The notes beneath the pieces are model-generated. The model made no database searches. It was given only the letters and a program-made list of their open reading frames with translations, and was not told where the DNA came from. Of a DNA stretch of 64,000 nucleotides, positions 24,311 through 37,459 are shown in pieces; the stretch's first letter is position 1; each line of letters opens with the position of its first letter. The position numbers and the translations under genes are program-made. The DNA lies in contig MU059059.1 in assembly GCA_013265495.1 (NCBI GenBank), forward strand, positions 1 to 64,000, written 5' to 3'. This DNA comes from Vicugna vicugna. Taxonomy: Eukaryota.

Positions 24311-26744
24311 TGACTTGGGAAGAGGCGGGAGGACCATCCCAGGGGGCTTTCCTGAGGGATGCCCTTAGCGAGAGAGGATGGAACTCTAAGGCATCTGGGC
24401 CAGCCAGTGACCACAGGTATTTTCCCCACTTGCTTCCCTTCTGGCCCTGAAGCAAGCCTATGTTTTCCTCCACGCTCAACCTGATGACTGCAGGGCAGGC
24501 TGAGGCATCTGCACCCAGATGGGCAACTGCCCACCCCTCATTAATTCCACTCCCTTACCAGGAGTCCAGACTCAGGGTCACTCAAGCTGTGCCCCCAGTG
24601 CCTTGCCCTCAGGGACCCCTACATGGCTTGTGCATCTCCCCAGAGTCGTGGCATTAATGAACTGTAGTGGTTTTGTTGCCGGGGGATGGGAAGTGAAATC
24701 TGGGAAGTGAATGAGGTGAAAGAGGAAGGTGGTATGGAAGGGGAAATCCCCATTTTCTAGCAAGATGCTCCTCTGGACAAAAGTTCCCAGAGTCATTGTC
24801 ACCTTAGCTTCCTGAAACAAGATGGGAGTTTGGGGCAAAACCAAGAACAATCATCCCATCTGGTTTTGTCTCCAGCCTATCTCTGACTTTTATGGTGTTC
24901 TCTTTGCCCCTCTCAGTTGCTCGCTCTGCTCTCTGCCACCTGGAGGAATAGTTCAGCAGAGTCTGAGAGTGGCAGGGGAGATACTTGTACGGAGCAGGGC
25001 TCTGAAAGTCAGCCTTCCTCCCTCACAATCACCTGTCTCCTTGGAGGGGCCGTGCCCTGCCCTGACGAGTCACCTTGAGTTCCGGGCCTTTCCTGGAACT
25101 CCGTGTGCCCTGGCTCTCTCATCACACACGAGGGCTCTTGTACTTAAGTGTTGTTCCCCCAAATCCCACTTATGAAACCGTCCACTCTCTCCAAGCTCTT
25201 TTTTCTGCTTTCAGTCTTGCCTGCACTCTCCTTTCTAACCTACCCTGAGTTTTATTTCCTGGGCTGTCCTGTCTTTGTGTCGTGGTCCTCAGGATGGTTG
25301 TTTGTGTCACCAGGAGAAAGAAGCCAACGTCCCCGAGCTGCGGGTCCTCCTGATGCAGATTTTCCTGAGGCTCTGATCCCAGGGCTGAACAAGGAGGTAC
25401 TGGAAGGGTCCGGGGCAAATAACTCAGGCTGGGGGAGGCCAGGGCAGGAATAGGAGGCTGTTGGGCCCAGCAGAGGGTGGGTGAGCCTGTCCTAGCTCAA
25501 AGTTTAAGCACGGCTCTGGTGGTTATGAGAAATGGGTTTGGGGACTGGAGTTCTGAAAATCCACCCAGGCCAAGGCCTGGGTCTAATTTTAGCATCTGTC
25601 CCATCACAGTATGAGCTGCCATCCCAGCTGATGACACTCTCATATCCCCGTCCCTGTCTTCACCCTTACCTCCTGGCCTCAGCCAGCTTTCCCCATTCAT
25701 CTTTCGTGGACCAGACCTGGCACGACTCCTCCATCGTGAGCTGACCTTGCCTAGGTATGCTACCCCTCCGCCTACCTGTGTCCTTCCAGGCACGGCGGAT
25801 TCCGAAAACAGAACCCAGGCCTCGGGCTCGCCCTGTTCTCTCTCCCCCATCCTCTCTTCTGTTCGGCAGCTTGCTCTCTCTCTCCCTTTGACAGCTACTC
25901 CTTTAATCTTGTTTCTGCTCGTAAGGCTTGGGGGTCCAGCTCTTCCAAGTCACCTGCCCCGGGGCAGGGAATGACTGGAGCCTCAGACTTGTAACTAACT
26001 GGGAAAATATTCTTGGCCACCCCGAAAGATGAGGTCAAGAGGCAAGGAGAGGGGGGTTTTAAAACCAGCATCAAGGTAGGGGCTGACCTGAGTCATAACT
26101 GCACAGGTCACGTCGGGCTGTTGCGGGAGAGCACGTCTGAAGAAGCCCCTTCCTGCTGTGGGACAGAGGAGCCCAGGATACGAGTGCCAGTCAGATGGAC
26201 AGACTGGGTTCACAGGGACCTGAGTCAGGCAGGAGGCAGAGTGGTCTCCAGGCCACCGCCGTCCACCGGCCTCGGACCGTGGACCCCTCCTTGGTCCTCA
26301 GTAAATTTCCCTGGAGCCCAGCTCTGTCCTCTCCTCCCTCCCGGCAGGAAGGGTGCAGAGCTTAGCAACCTGTTGGGGGGGGATGAGGGTTCTCAGGATA
26401 AAATGAGGGTGTGAGAAGCTTTGCCAGCAACGCCGGCCCATTTACTTACCCTTCTTTTGAAGCCTGGTCCTCCCAGGGCTGGTTCCGAGAACACTTGCTT
26501 TTCCTCCAACCTTCTCAGCTGCACGGGAGCCGGAAGCTTGAGTTGACTCTCCTCAGTTGAATTTTTTATCTCCCGTGGGAGGAATGTGTGATGATTGTTT
26601 GGCTGGGCTGCTGAAGACCCACTGGGTGTGGAAGGCTGCCCAGTGCTGGCAAGGGGAGTGGGGGAAATGACCCCACCGCAGCGGGGAGGGAGAAGCCGAC
26701 CAGGAAGCCTGGCTCTGTGCCGGAAATGAAGGCCATCCTTTTAT

Positions 26745-26960
26745 GAGCATTTGCTGTATCCGTAGTCGTGTTGATCTGTTAGCTCATTCATCCTCACTGT
26801 AACCCTCGGGGGTGCTTACTTATTATCCTCACTTTATTATAAGGAGACTGAGGCACAGAAGATCAGGTAACGTGCCCGAGACCCCACAGGTCGGGGATAT
26901 TATCATCCAGGACACAGACCCAGGCAGTTAGGATCTGGAGCTCCTGTGCTTGACCCCTAT
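26745..26960 (-). mobile_element. MIR SINE
   Basis: ttatgagcatttgc...gagactgaggcacagaagatcaggtaacgtgcccgagaccccacag. Confidence 0.8.
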
Positions 26961-27119
26961 GTGCCGTTCACACCTGTGGGTCATGGTTTGCTGTTGGGGA
27001 CGGCTCAGGAGGGAAGAATCTGCGATGCTTTTACATGATTTCAGGTTTCCTTAGGTTCATTTGTCTGACAAATTTATTGAGCATCTTCTATGTACAAGGC
27101 ACAAAAATGATTATTATGT

Positions 27120-27365
27120 AGTTATTCAACAAAAAGTTTTAAGACAAAATTAATTTTTCTAAGTTTACATTCTTGTAAGAAAAAAATCTTATAGTTTACA
27201 GAAAAGTATAAAGGAAATAAAACCACTTACGATGTCTCCCTCCAGAGATGACTGTAGCTAAATTTTTTGGGTATTTGTATGTATGTATGCTTTTGCAAAA
27301 TCAGAATCATATTAAGTATTCCATTTTGCATCCTGCTTTTTTCTCTGAATATTGTATTAAACAAA
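27120..27365 (-). mobile_element. L1ME-type 3' fragment
   Basis: acagaaaagtataaaggaaataaaaccac...cagagatgactgtagct...tattccattttgcatcctgcttttt. Confidence 0.6.
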
Positions 27366-28010
27366 CATTCATCCAGTGGCTACTAGTGCTGGCCCTCAGA
27401 CAAATCGCAGCAAAGCCGAGTGCTAACTGTCATCACAGAACCGAACTGGGTGCAGAGGTGGACAGAGCAGTGGACTGCAGCTGTGGAGCTGAAGGTGCTT
27501 AGGAAAGTCTTCACAGAGGAGGAGCTGGGTCTTGAAGGAGGATTGTGGCTTCTCGGGCCACAGGTTGGGGGGTGGAGGTGGCAGTAGCTATTGGGAAGGG
27601 CACCCCAGGTAGCAGAAACAGCAACATAGAGACCTGGAGGACAGGCTCCCAACCAGAGGTGGGTCACGAAGGGCTTTGCCAGTCATGCCTGGGGGTGGAG
27701 CCTTCATTTGTAGATGTTATTAAAGAACATCTAGGGGGCTTTAAGTGGGGCGACACATCGGATTTGCATTTTAGAAAGGCTGCTGTTTCTACACACTCTT
27801 TCACTGTAAGGAGCAAGACAAGGCCAGGAAACCAGCTGGGAGACTGTTGGAGTCATCCAGGTGAGACAATGATGAGACTTGAACTAGGGCAGCAACAGGA
27901 AAGAGGAGTGAAGGTTGGAGATGGATTTCAGAGCTACTTAAGAGGCAGAAAGGACAGGAGGCAGTGGCTGATTTGGTGGTTTTGCCATGTGACTTGGTTG
28001 GGCCAATAAG
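27366..28010 (-). mobile_element. L2 LINE fragment
   Basis: gggtcttgaagga...gatttgcattttagaaagg...gtcatccaggtgagacaatgatgagacttgaactaggg...gatttcagagctacttaagaggcagaa. Confidence 0.8.
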
Positions 28011-28019
28011 ATGTTAGTA

Positions 28020-28335
28020 AGCATGACTTAACCACTTAACCAGTATTGAAAAGCACTGGTACAGTGGGTTGCTTGCACTTGGGCCTCTGCCCTTGCCACG
28101 AGAAGAAGGTTCCGGGGACTAGACTGCCGGGCCCAGGAGAAGGAGAAGAGGCAAGTGGAGCAGAGCCACCCCAGCCAAGCACAGTACAGAGCCCCCGGAT
28201 GACTCTCAGTCTCATGTTTGAGGCCAGACAAGATCTGCCAACCCACAGGCATGTGAGTTGTAATAGTAAATGAGAGTTGATTTAAGACACTGAGTTTGGG
28301 GATGATTTGTTATGTAGCAATTGCTGAGTGATAAA
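28020..28335 (+). mobile_element. MaLR LTR (MLT1-type) inserted between L2 pieces
   Basis: 3' end ccacaggcatgtgag...ttaagacactgagtttggggatgatttgttatgtagcaat is an MLT1 hallmark. Confidence 0.8.
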
Positions 28336-28344
28336 GAATGTCTT

Positions 28345-29050
28345 CATTCTTGAACTGAATGCTCACTGTGTGTGAGGCACTCTTCTAGGCACCTGAGGAT
28401 GCACTGCTGAATCAAAGTCCTTACTTTCCAGGAGTTCATGTTAAAGTGCGGATGGCAGAGGAAGCGAGAGTGACATCAGGGCCTCTGTCTGCTAGCTGGG
28501 TACAGACAGATGGTGGTACCATTAATCAAGATAGGGTCACAGGAAGAAAACAGGTGTTGGGGAAAAGATAATGAGTTTGGTTTAGGAAAGGGGACATTTA
28601 GGTGGAAGCGTTCAGGAAGGCGTGGGATAATAGGTAGAAGACACAGGAAAGACGTTGGGGACTGAAAGTTATCAACAGAGTGCAACAGAAAGTCATCTGT
28701 ACCAAAGAGAGACAGAGTACGTGCTGTGGATACTCAGAGGAGGAAGAAAGGATCTGTGGCTGGGAGGACGGAAAAGACTTGTTCTGAACATGACCTCTAA
28801 GCTGTGTTTGTACTTGTGGAAGCAAGAGGAGCAAGGCACATAAGATAGATAGACAGGTTGCAGGAGGCACAGAGGTAAGACAGGGAAGGCTGGGCTGTGA
28901 GAATTAGCCTGCAAAAGTGGACTGGCCTGAGATCATGGAGAGTCTTGAATGCCAGGCCAAGGACACTAGCATTTCATTAGGAAATGGGGAGCCCTTGAAT
29001 GTTTTTGAGCAGGGGAATGACATCAGGCACACGTGTCTAGGAGATGGCTG
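28345..29050 (-). mobile_element. L2 LINE fragments
   Basis: gaatgctcactgtgtgtgaggcactcttctagg...gagtttggtttagg...gggagcccttgaatgtttttgagcagggg. Confidence 0.7.
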
Positions 29051-29059
29051 TAGTATGTG

Positions 29060-29290
29060 GTGGGATGAGTTTTGAAGTAGAAGTCAAGCGATATGGATTC
29101 TAGTCTCAGCTTTTCCATTCACTGGCCCTGGGATATGGGGCAAATGACTTCTCTCTGAGCCCCAACTGCCTCTCTTGAAAAATGGGAGTCAAATTCCCTG
29201 TCCTTCACATAGTCTTAATTTTGTAAGAACCAGTAACAAAATGTGAATGAAAGTGCTTGGAAGACCACAAAGCAATGCATGAGGGAAGGT
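29060..29290 (+). mobile_element. MIR SINE
   Basis: ggattctagtctcagc...gggcaaatgacttctctctgagcccc...aaaatggga. Confidence 0.65.
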
Positions 29291-29839
29291 ATTACTGTGA
29301 CTGGGTCTGCTTTAGTTGAAAGATGAAGCTGGGATTCCCAGACAGGTGGACAGACTACGGATGTCATCCTGTTAACCTCTGTCCTCTCTGCCACTGGGGA
29401 GAGAGGGTTGACAGAGGTGTCGGCCTGGGGTCCACTGGCAGCTGGCAGAGCAAGGGTTCCTGTTCTTATGCTCTGCCTTCCTGTTCTTGATGTAACCCTG
29501 AACTCTCCCACCACCCTCCACATAAATATGTCCTTTAGAGAAAGCATGCTTAGGGGAAGCCTATGCCAAGGCTGCAGAACAGAGGACGGGGAGACAGTCT
29601 TGGCCCTCAAGGAGTACACAGGCTGGTTGGATCAAGAGGACAGGTGCCTCAAAATAGTAAATAGGATGGCATTGGATAAAGGGCCAAGTAAGTGGTCCAC
29701 ACAGTTGCTGAGGGGAGGGCCAGGCCAGTCTTCGGGGAAGCGGGACGGGGTTTAAAAGAGAGGAAGGGAAGGGAATCAGAAGTAGAGGGGAGAACTCTCT
29801 CTTCTTGTCAGCCCACTGGTTTCCTCTCAGCATGGAAAC

Positions 29840-30604
29840 TAAACACCAAAACCCCACTTAATGGAGCAGTTGAAGACAAATGTNNNNNNNNNNNNNNNNN
29901 NNNNNNNNNNNNNNNNNNNNNNNNNNNNNNNNNNNNNNNNNNNNNNNNNNNNNNNNNNNNNNNNNNNNNNNNNNNNNNNNNNNNNNNNNNNNNNNNNNNN
30001 NNNNNNNNNNNNNNNNNNNNNNNNNNNNNNNNNNNNNNNNNNNNTCAGAAAATAAAAATAGCATTTTTTTTTTNNNNNNNNNNNNNNNNNNNNNNNNNNN
30101 NNNNNNNNNNNNNNNNNNNNNNNNNNNNNNNNNNNNNNNNNNNNNNNNNNNNNNNNNNNNNNNNNNNNNNNNNNNNNNNNNNNNNNNNNNNNNNNNNNNN
30201 NNNNNNNNNTGGATAAAATGTGACATACCTAGACAGACCACAATGGAANNNNNNNNNNNNNNNNNNNNNNNNNNNNNNNNNNNNNNNNNNNNNNNNNNNN
30301 NNNNNNNNNNNNNNNNNNNNNNNNNNNNNNNNNNNNNNNNNNNNNNNNNNNNNNNNNNNNNNNNNNNNNNNNNNNNNNNNNNNNNNNNNNNNNNNNNNNN
30401 NNNNNNNNNNNNNNNNNNNNNNNNNNNNNNNNNNNNNNNNNNNNGGATGGGGAGTTAGTGTTAAAGGAGATTGGGATGATGATAACATTTTGGAGATGGA
30501 TGGTGGTGAGGGTTGCACCACAATGAAAATGTACTTAATACCACTTGAGTGTACAATTTTAAATGGTTAAAGTTGTAACTTTTATGTTCTGTATATGTTC
30601 ACAT
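29840..30604 (+). mobile_element. L1 (L1MB-like) 3' end, mostly in gaps
   Basis: ttttggagatggatggtggtgagggttgcaccacaatgaaaatgtacttaataccacttgagtgtacaattttaaatgg matches the L1MB terminal motif; followed by an (AC)n tail. Confidence 0.8.
29884..30444. other. Assembly gaps (N 29884-30044, 30074-30210, 30249-30444)
   Basis: Runs of N of 161, 137 and 196 nt. Confidence 0.99.
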
Positions 30605-30624
30605 ACACACACACACACACACAC
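30605..30624. repeat. (AC)10 microsatellite
   Basis: Direct count. Confidence 0.95.
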
Positions 30625-31002
30625 ATAGAAGACAAATGTACTATGATGCTTATAAGTGACGTGGACCTATTTGAGAAGTAGGGGAACACACAGGGGCCTC
30701 AGTGGATGGGCCTGGTGAAACATCAGCTAGTAGCCTGGAAATGGTGGTGATTGGTGGGCCAGGACAACCAACTCTTCCAGGGACCACAAACTATTCTAGA
30801 AAGTTATTATCGGGAGTGTAGTAGATATGTTCCTTCCAAGTAGTATTTGAGTAGAGTTGCTCAGAGGAAGCCAGTAGGGCTGTTTGTTTCCTTCACTTCT
30901 CATGCCTACCTGGTTCAGGTAAGGAATATGGGATAAAGTAAGGAACATGGACTAGGGTCAGGAGTATGATCGGTAACCAAAGAGAAATGTAGTCAGGTTT
31001 GA

Positions 31003-31635
<633 letters not shown>

Positions 31636-34600
31636 GTCGAGGGCTGGTGGGCGGGGCCTTGGGGGCTCTCATGGACCCTGTGGACAAGGGTACCAAGCTG
31701 GCGGGGCTGCCCTCTCTGTGCAGCCCAAGCCCTGCCCTGTAGGGCACACACACGACCCCCATACCCTCCACTATGGGTGGGGGTTGGGGGCGTGCCCAGG
31801 TGTTGGGGGTGGGATGTGGGGGCGGCAGAGGAACTTCTGAAAGGGTCTGTGGATCTCAGCCCAGCTCAGCGGCTAGAGGCGGGAGGCCAGCGGCTACACA
31901 CCGACTGGACCATGTGGGTGACCTCGGAAGCACCTGTCCTGGTTAAGGCACTCAGAGAAAGACGCAGAAGGCAGGAAGCAAGGCCTGAGGAGGCTTTGGG
32001 CTGCTGCAGCGGCCTCCTGCCTCCCTCTCACCTGGTTTAGTTGGGCTTGGCTGGTTCCATTAGGCAATATTCAGGTGCTTGCTTGCAACCAATACCTCCC
32101 CTCGGGGGCCTGCTGAGCTGCAGCCTAAGGAGAGACAGGGCAGCCTGGAGGCTGTTTGGCAGAAGTGCTGGTCTTCAAGGCCTGGGAGGCCTTCCCCTGG
32201 CTCCTCTCCCCTCCCCCAGGACCCCACACTGCTCCCTTGGCCTTCTGGGGCGCCCCCCGCTGGTGCTGGATTCCCACCAACCTTGGGCTTTTGGAGGTTT
32301 CAATCCCTGTGTGTTCGGTGGTGTTTCCCCCTTTTCTCTCTTATTTTCAAAGCCTTTACCACTAGCAGCCCCTCTATCCTTGTCAACCACCCCACCTGCT
32401 CCCACTCCTAACTCCCTAGCCAACACAGCAGCTGCCAGAGATAGAACCCTGAGCAGACACCTCCCTCCCTCTTGCAGCCTTCCCGCCACTATTTCCACTG
32501 GCCTGATGCCTGGGAAGTTCCCCATTAGGCCTCCCCACACCCCTGGCCAGGTAGGCTGTGGCAGTGTCTCTGGTGCTCTTCAACATGCCACCTCCCTGCG
32601 GTGGCCCGGCTAGAAACGAGTGAGACCCCCAACACACGGGCAGGCCAGGAGGGACCCCACAGAACCGCAGTGGGGACCTAGAGACAAATCAGTTCGGAGT
32701 GGGGGTGGGGGTGGTAAAGGCACCCAACTGGTTTATTTTCAAACCAGGCAGGGGCTAGATAGCTTTCTAGGGGATGGAGAAGCAGGTATCCAGTGTTGGA
32801 GAGCCATGGAGGACGAGTGATGGAGAAAAAGAGGAGGGTCTTTGAAGCCTCCTTAGTGGGAATGGGTCAGTTCTGGATCTGCCATAGCCCCAGCCCTGTA
32901 GCAAAAGCCCCTCGGGGCTACCCCCTCCCCACCCCTCCCAGAAAGGCTGACCCTTTGAGCTTGCTCCTTAAACAATATTAATCCTGCCATGCCCATTGGC
33001 ATTGTCATCACGGTTGCCCGCCTTCCCCCGTGACAGGTCCATTGCTGGCAGTGGACAGGTGAAATCCTAATTGCAGCCCACTTCCGGCTCTGTCCCCACC
33101 CCCGAGGGGAGGGGTCCATCAGAACGCAGCCTATCCCGTGGTACATGGTCTCTTCCTGACCACGTTAGGACTCTTAGGTAGAAATTAGCCTTTCCCTTTT
33201 TATAGAACATTAAAAGTGATAATACCACCCGTGGAGAGATTCTCCTCTTCTTGCTGTGCTGCTCCACCTAGACTGTGCAGACAGCACCAGCCAGGGTACA
33301 GGCTAGTGCCAGGGGTCAGGGTAGGGGTTGCTGGGGGTGGGTGGAGTGGGGTCCCAGATTGGGAGAAAGGCTAGGAGACTGCCTTTGGCAGGGTTGCTTT
33401 CTGCGGTTGACCTTGTCCAGTACAAGATGAAGGGCGATTTCCAGCCTCAATGTCCCAGGCAGGCTCCTCAGGTCCAGGCACGAACTACATTTTGTAGGGG
33501 TTAACCCTACCTTGATTTTCCCCATGGCCTCAATTCCAAGGCTTTGGGACTTACAGATGCAGGCTTCCAGTGGGGATCAATTACTTTCCTTCTACAGGTG
33601 GAGGGCATTCCAGAGGAAGAATATTGTCTGGTTCCCTGTTCCCTCTGGGTAATTGTTTTCTTGGTCTTTTCCCCTTGCTCCATGGTGTCTCTGTCTCCTG
33701 GACCCCAACTCCCCTCCAAGCCCCCCTGTGGGCCCTTGGACCACACCACTCACCTGTGCTCTCCTCTCCACAACAGAATCTGGTGGTCCGCTTGTTGATG
33801 TCTCCCAGCCGGAGGCCTCCACAATTCTCTGCCGGAGCAAGCCCTTGGATGGCCCACCGGGTTTGGCTGTTCAGATGTTGCCCTGTCTGCGCTCCCTGGC
33901 ACCATCTCTCTGGGCCATATAAATGCCCAAGTACAGGAGGTCCTCAAGTAAATCTGCCAGCCTGGCAACATGCAGAGCACTGTGCTTCTGCTTCATCCAG
34001 GTGCCCCATGGCTCCTGTAGTCCCTCGTAGGGCACAGAGCCCCCAGCAAAGGGAGAGGATGACCTGGAGCTTGTCCACAGGATCTGCAGGCTCAGAGCTC
34101 ACCAGACGTCACCCAGATTGCAACTCTTGCTTTTTGGATTTCTTCAAGGCCTCAATCCCTTAGTGTGCAGGGACTCAAAATCAGGAGGAATCTCAGCCCT
34201 GCAAAGCAGGAGATAATCTGCTCACTGTTCATGAACGTCTGGTGTCCTGGGCCTCCCTCCACTGGACATGACAGTGTCTCTGAGTCACAGGTCACCACGT
34301 GCTGCCCTGCATGATTGAATCGCTTCTGATGTCTGCTAGGCATCCTGTCCCTTATACCCTGTCCCCTCTGATGCCAGTGAGTCACAATGGCCTATGCTTA
34401 TTCACAGCAATAATACCTAGGGAGTGTCCATGAAGTCCTTTTGTCCTGGTCCCTCGCTTTCTGCATGGGTCTCCTGGGGAGGCAGCCAGTGAGTGGATCA
34501 GTTTGTGAGAACCTGTTTTTATGAAGCTCTGGGCTATGCAGATGTCATCACAGGGGATGCAGAAAGGTGGGAGGCCCAGCCCTGGAGGAGCTATGGGTAA

Positions 34601-34830
34601 GGCAGGGAGAGCACCTTCCGCCGTGAGGCCACCCCGGGCCTGGAGAAGCTGCAGGTCCCTGCTCTTCAAAAGAGCCTTTGAGTTGCATGGGCCTGTCTCC
34701 CAGCTACGGCAGCTCTTCAGAAGGACACACGACTGGTTTGTGCGCCCATTGCCTGCTCCGTCTCCATTGGTCTCTTTGTCTCTTTCTTTTCACATTCGTG
34801 CGCATAAAATATACTGGTGTTTGTGTTCCA
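31636..34830 (+). other. TMEM229B: TMEM229B 3'UTR (probable extent)
   Basis: About 3.2 kb with no interspersed repeat I could recognise, directly after the stop codon and ending at a variant poly(A) signal. Repeats resume further downstream. Confidence 0.55.
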
Positions 34831-34870
34831 GGACTGGCTCTGACCCATCTGTTTCTTCTATTTTGGAGCC
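34803..34870 (+). terminator. Candidate polyadenylation site (variant CATAAA)
   Basis: CATAAA at 34803-08, CA at 34829-30, and a downstream U-rich stretch tctgtttcttctatttt (about 34848-64). A possible proximal signal ATTAAA lies at 33209-14. Confidence 0.45.
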
Positions 34871-37459
34871 CTCTTCCTGGGGCTGCTGGAGGCCAGGCCC
34901 TTCACACTCTGGCGTTACGTTGCTCCCTGCTGCTGGATGGGGCCACGCTGCGGGGAGGCACTCTCTACCCGTCCTTTCCATGATCTCCACTCTGACCCTC
35001 TCTGGTAACCTGAATTCTCCGCCCGACTCCCCACTCCCCATCAGGAGCATAATCTGGTCCATTCCTGATTTGGGGCCCAGGTGTGGAGGCCCAGACAGTA
35101 TCCAGGTTGGCTATAGGTTAGCTGCACCTGCCCGTGAGATAGGCTCCTGTCAGACATGCTGGCCGTGACCTGTGATGTCTCATGGGGCAGGAGGGCCCAT
35201 AAGAGGAGGCTGATGGTACCCCCAAGAGCTGGAAGGCCAGAACCCCTTACTTCTATTACCTTGAAAGTCACGCTTTTGAGAAACAGAGTTCTGCCTCCCC
35301 TTGGCAGTCCTGCTTTCTGGAGAAGTGCATTTGGAGGGAGTCATCCTTCCCTGCTCTGTGTACTTCCGCTGTATCTAGCATCCCTTGTCCTCTTCTCCCC
35401 CACCATGCTCCTGTCTACTCGCCTACTTCCAGGAAGAGTATGCAGGGTTCAGAATTTGCTCAGCCAGTATAACCAAACCAAAATAGCATGCCCCCACCAC
35501 CCCCAGGCATAACCAGGCTATATAACACCTGTTGGTTTTCTGGTTGGAGTAGGCAGTGTGCTTTGAGTCCCTGAAAAGGCCCTCTGCCTCCCCTACTCAC
35601 TTGATGGTATTCATTTCTTTGAAAGCTTTTCCCCTTATAAAACTGGGCAAGCATAAAGCCCCAGCAGTCATTTACATGTTAGTATAAACAAATTTATAAG
35701 GGCTAGTCCATTAGAGCAGATTTTTATAAAAAGAAAGAGGCAAGCATAATGAAACAGGGTCTATCAGATGGATCATCAGAGAAGAGGCAAGATCTAGGAT
35801 CCAGAACAAGAAGTCTGAGGGGATACGGGACCCTTCTTCACTGGCTGTACTCTACCCAGTGGATACTTTTCTGATGCTTTCCTTCCTCACCTGCTCTGCC
35901 CCACCCTCACCCAGTTCAAAGAGATCTTCTGACTCATCATACCACAGGTTAGAAGAGCCAGTCTTAATACTTTTAACAACAGCTGTGGTTCCTACCACTG
36001 CTAGCACCTCCATTGCTGGCACTGCAACCCCAGCCAGGCACTGCTCACACTCGTTCTCGTGTTTTCTCCCATCTGAGGTGAGAACCAGTATTTTCCTATT
36101 CTACAGAGGTGGTCTGGTGGTGACCAGTCTACAGTCCCCATCTGCCACACCACTCTTTTGTTTCAGTGTAAGCAGAATACCCTCCAGGGAGAACTCGTGA
36201 GGAGTCAGGCGCCCTTTTGTACTTCGATGAGATTCCAGATGTTGTTAGAGTCCAGCCCCTCCAGGTGTTACTCACAAAGAGAAATTAATGTTCTGGAGGG
36301 GGCGGTTCGGTGGAGAGATGGGGTTATAAGGAAGTATGGGATGCCGTCTCGGCCAAGACTTAAACCAATTGGCACAAGGATCCCTCTTCATAGAAATTTT
36401 GTGAAATTTTGGCCTCTGGCAACTCTGGGCTTAGAATTGACATCTTCTCTCCCTCCCACGTGCAGCTTTATCGGTGCCCGGGGACTTTCCCCTTTGATCC
36501 TATTTCCTTCGCTTGAGATTAAGCCTGAGCCCCTCGCTATAGGTACTCTCAGAGGGTTTGAAACTTCCAGATGAAATCTTTCTCCTTTTGAAAACTCAGA
36601 TGTGCCTGAGAATTGACCTGGTTAGTTCTTCAACTTTTTACTGGACAGTTATAATGAGCCAGGGACCAGGCTAGTTACTGGGGTGCTTACAATTAGCCAG
36701 GAGAAAGGCACTGAATGCACTTTCATGAAGATAGTTATATCAGTACAATGTTGATCAACCCTTCAAAAGAGAAGCCTGATAGAGGAGCCTGACTTGCCCA
36801 CAGGGATAGGGGAGGACTCCCCAGGGAAGAGACACATAGTGCAGAGGTCAAGCAATGCTGCTTTCAGAGGAGGGCTGGCTTCTCACTGGCCCCAAACGCA
36901 GACATTGTGCCCTGGGAGGTACCAAGACAGGTAGAGTGCAGAACAAAGCCAGCACACAGTGGCTGCTTTAAGAAACTCATGATGAATGAAGTCTTCTGGT
37001 ACATCGGCCCGAGTGAGCCCACCATAAAGGCCAAGCTGAACGTTGCAGAGAATCACGGGTGTTAGCTAGGAATCCTGTCTGAATAGCAACCATCCCTGCC
37101 ATATCTGTGCCCACTGCCATAGAGCAACTCATGGTCCTACCCCCTCATTCCAAACCATTAATCCCCACAGAGCCCTGCCAGCATCCCAAATTCACTCTCA
37201 CAGTCTTCAGACCTTGGCCAAAGACCCAGCTCCATTGATTTTGTCCACTGCTTCATTCTGGCGATACACTTTCTTAATGTGGGCAAAGGTGTCCTTTCAG
37301 TGCCAAGCGGTGCAAAGAAGGACCCACTGATAGCCTGGTCTCGCTCCTTGCCTCTGTCACAAGCACACCTTCCAAACAGAATGGAGGTTTCCTGGTTTAT
37401 AATGGTCCACTGCGGGTGGAGGGTCCTGAGGCTGCACCTTCTTAGTCACGTGTGGGGGA

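Noticed and set aside
29692-30570. Long ORFs across the N gaps (also 37279-37965)
   Set aside because: Artefacts of N codons hiding stop codons.
32806-32820. ATGGAGGAC resembling the PLEK2 start (MED...)
   Set aside because: Reads MEDE* and lies in the TMEM229B 3'UTR; no PLEK2 exon was found in the window.
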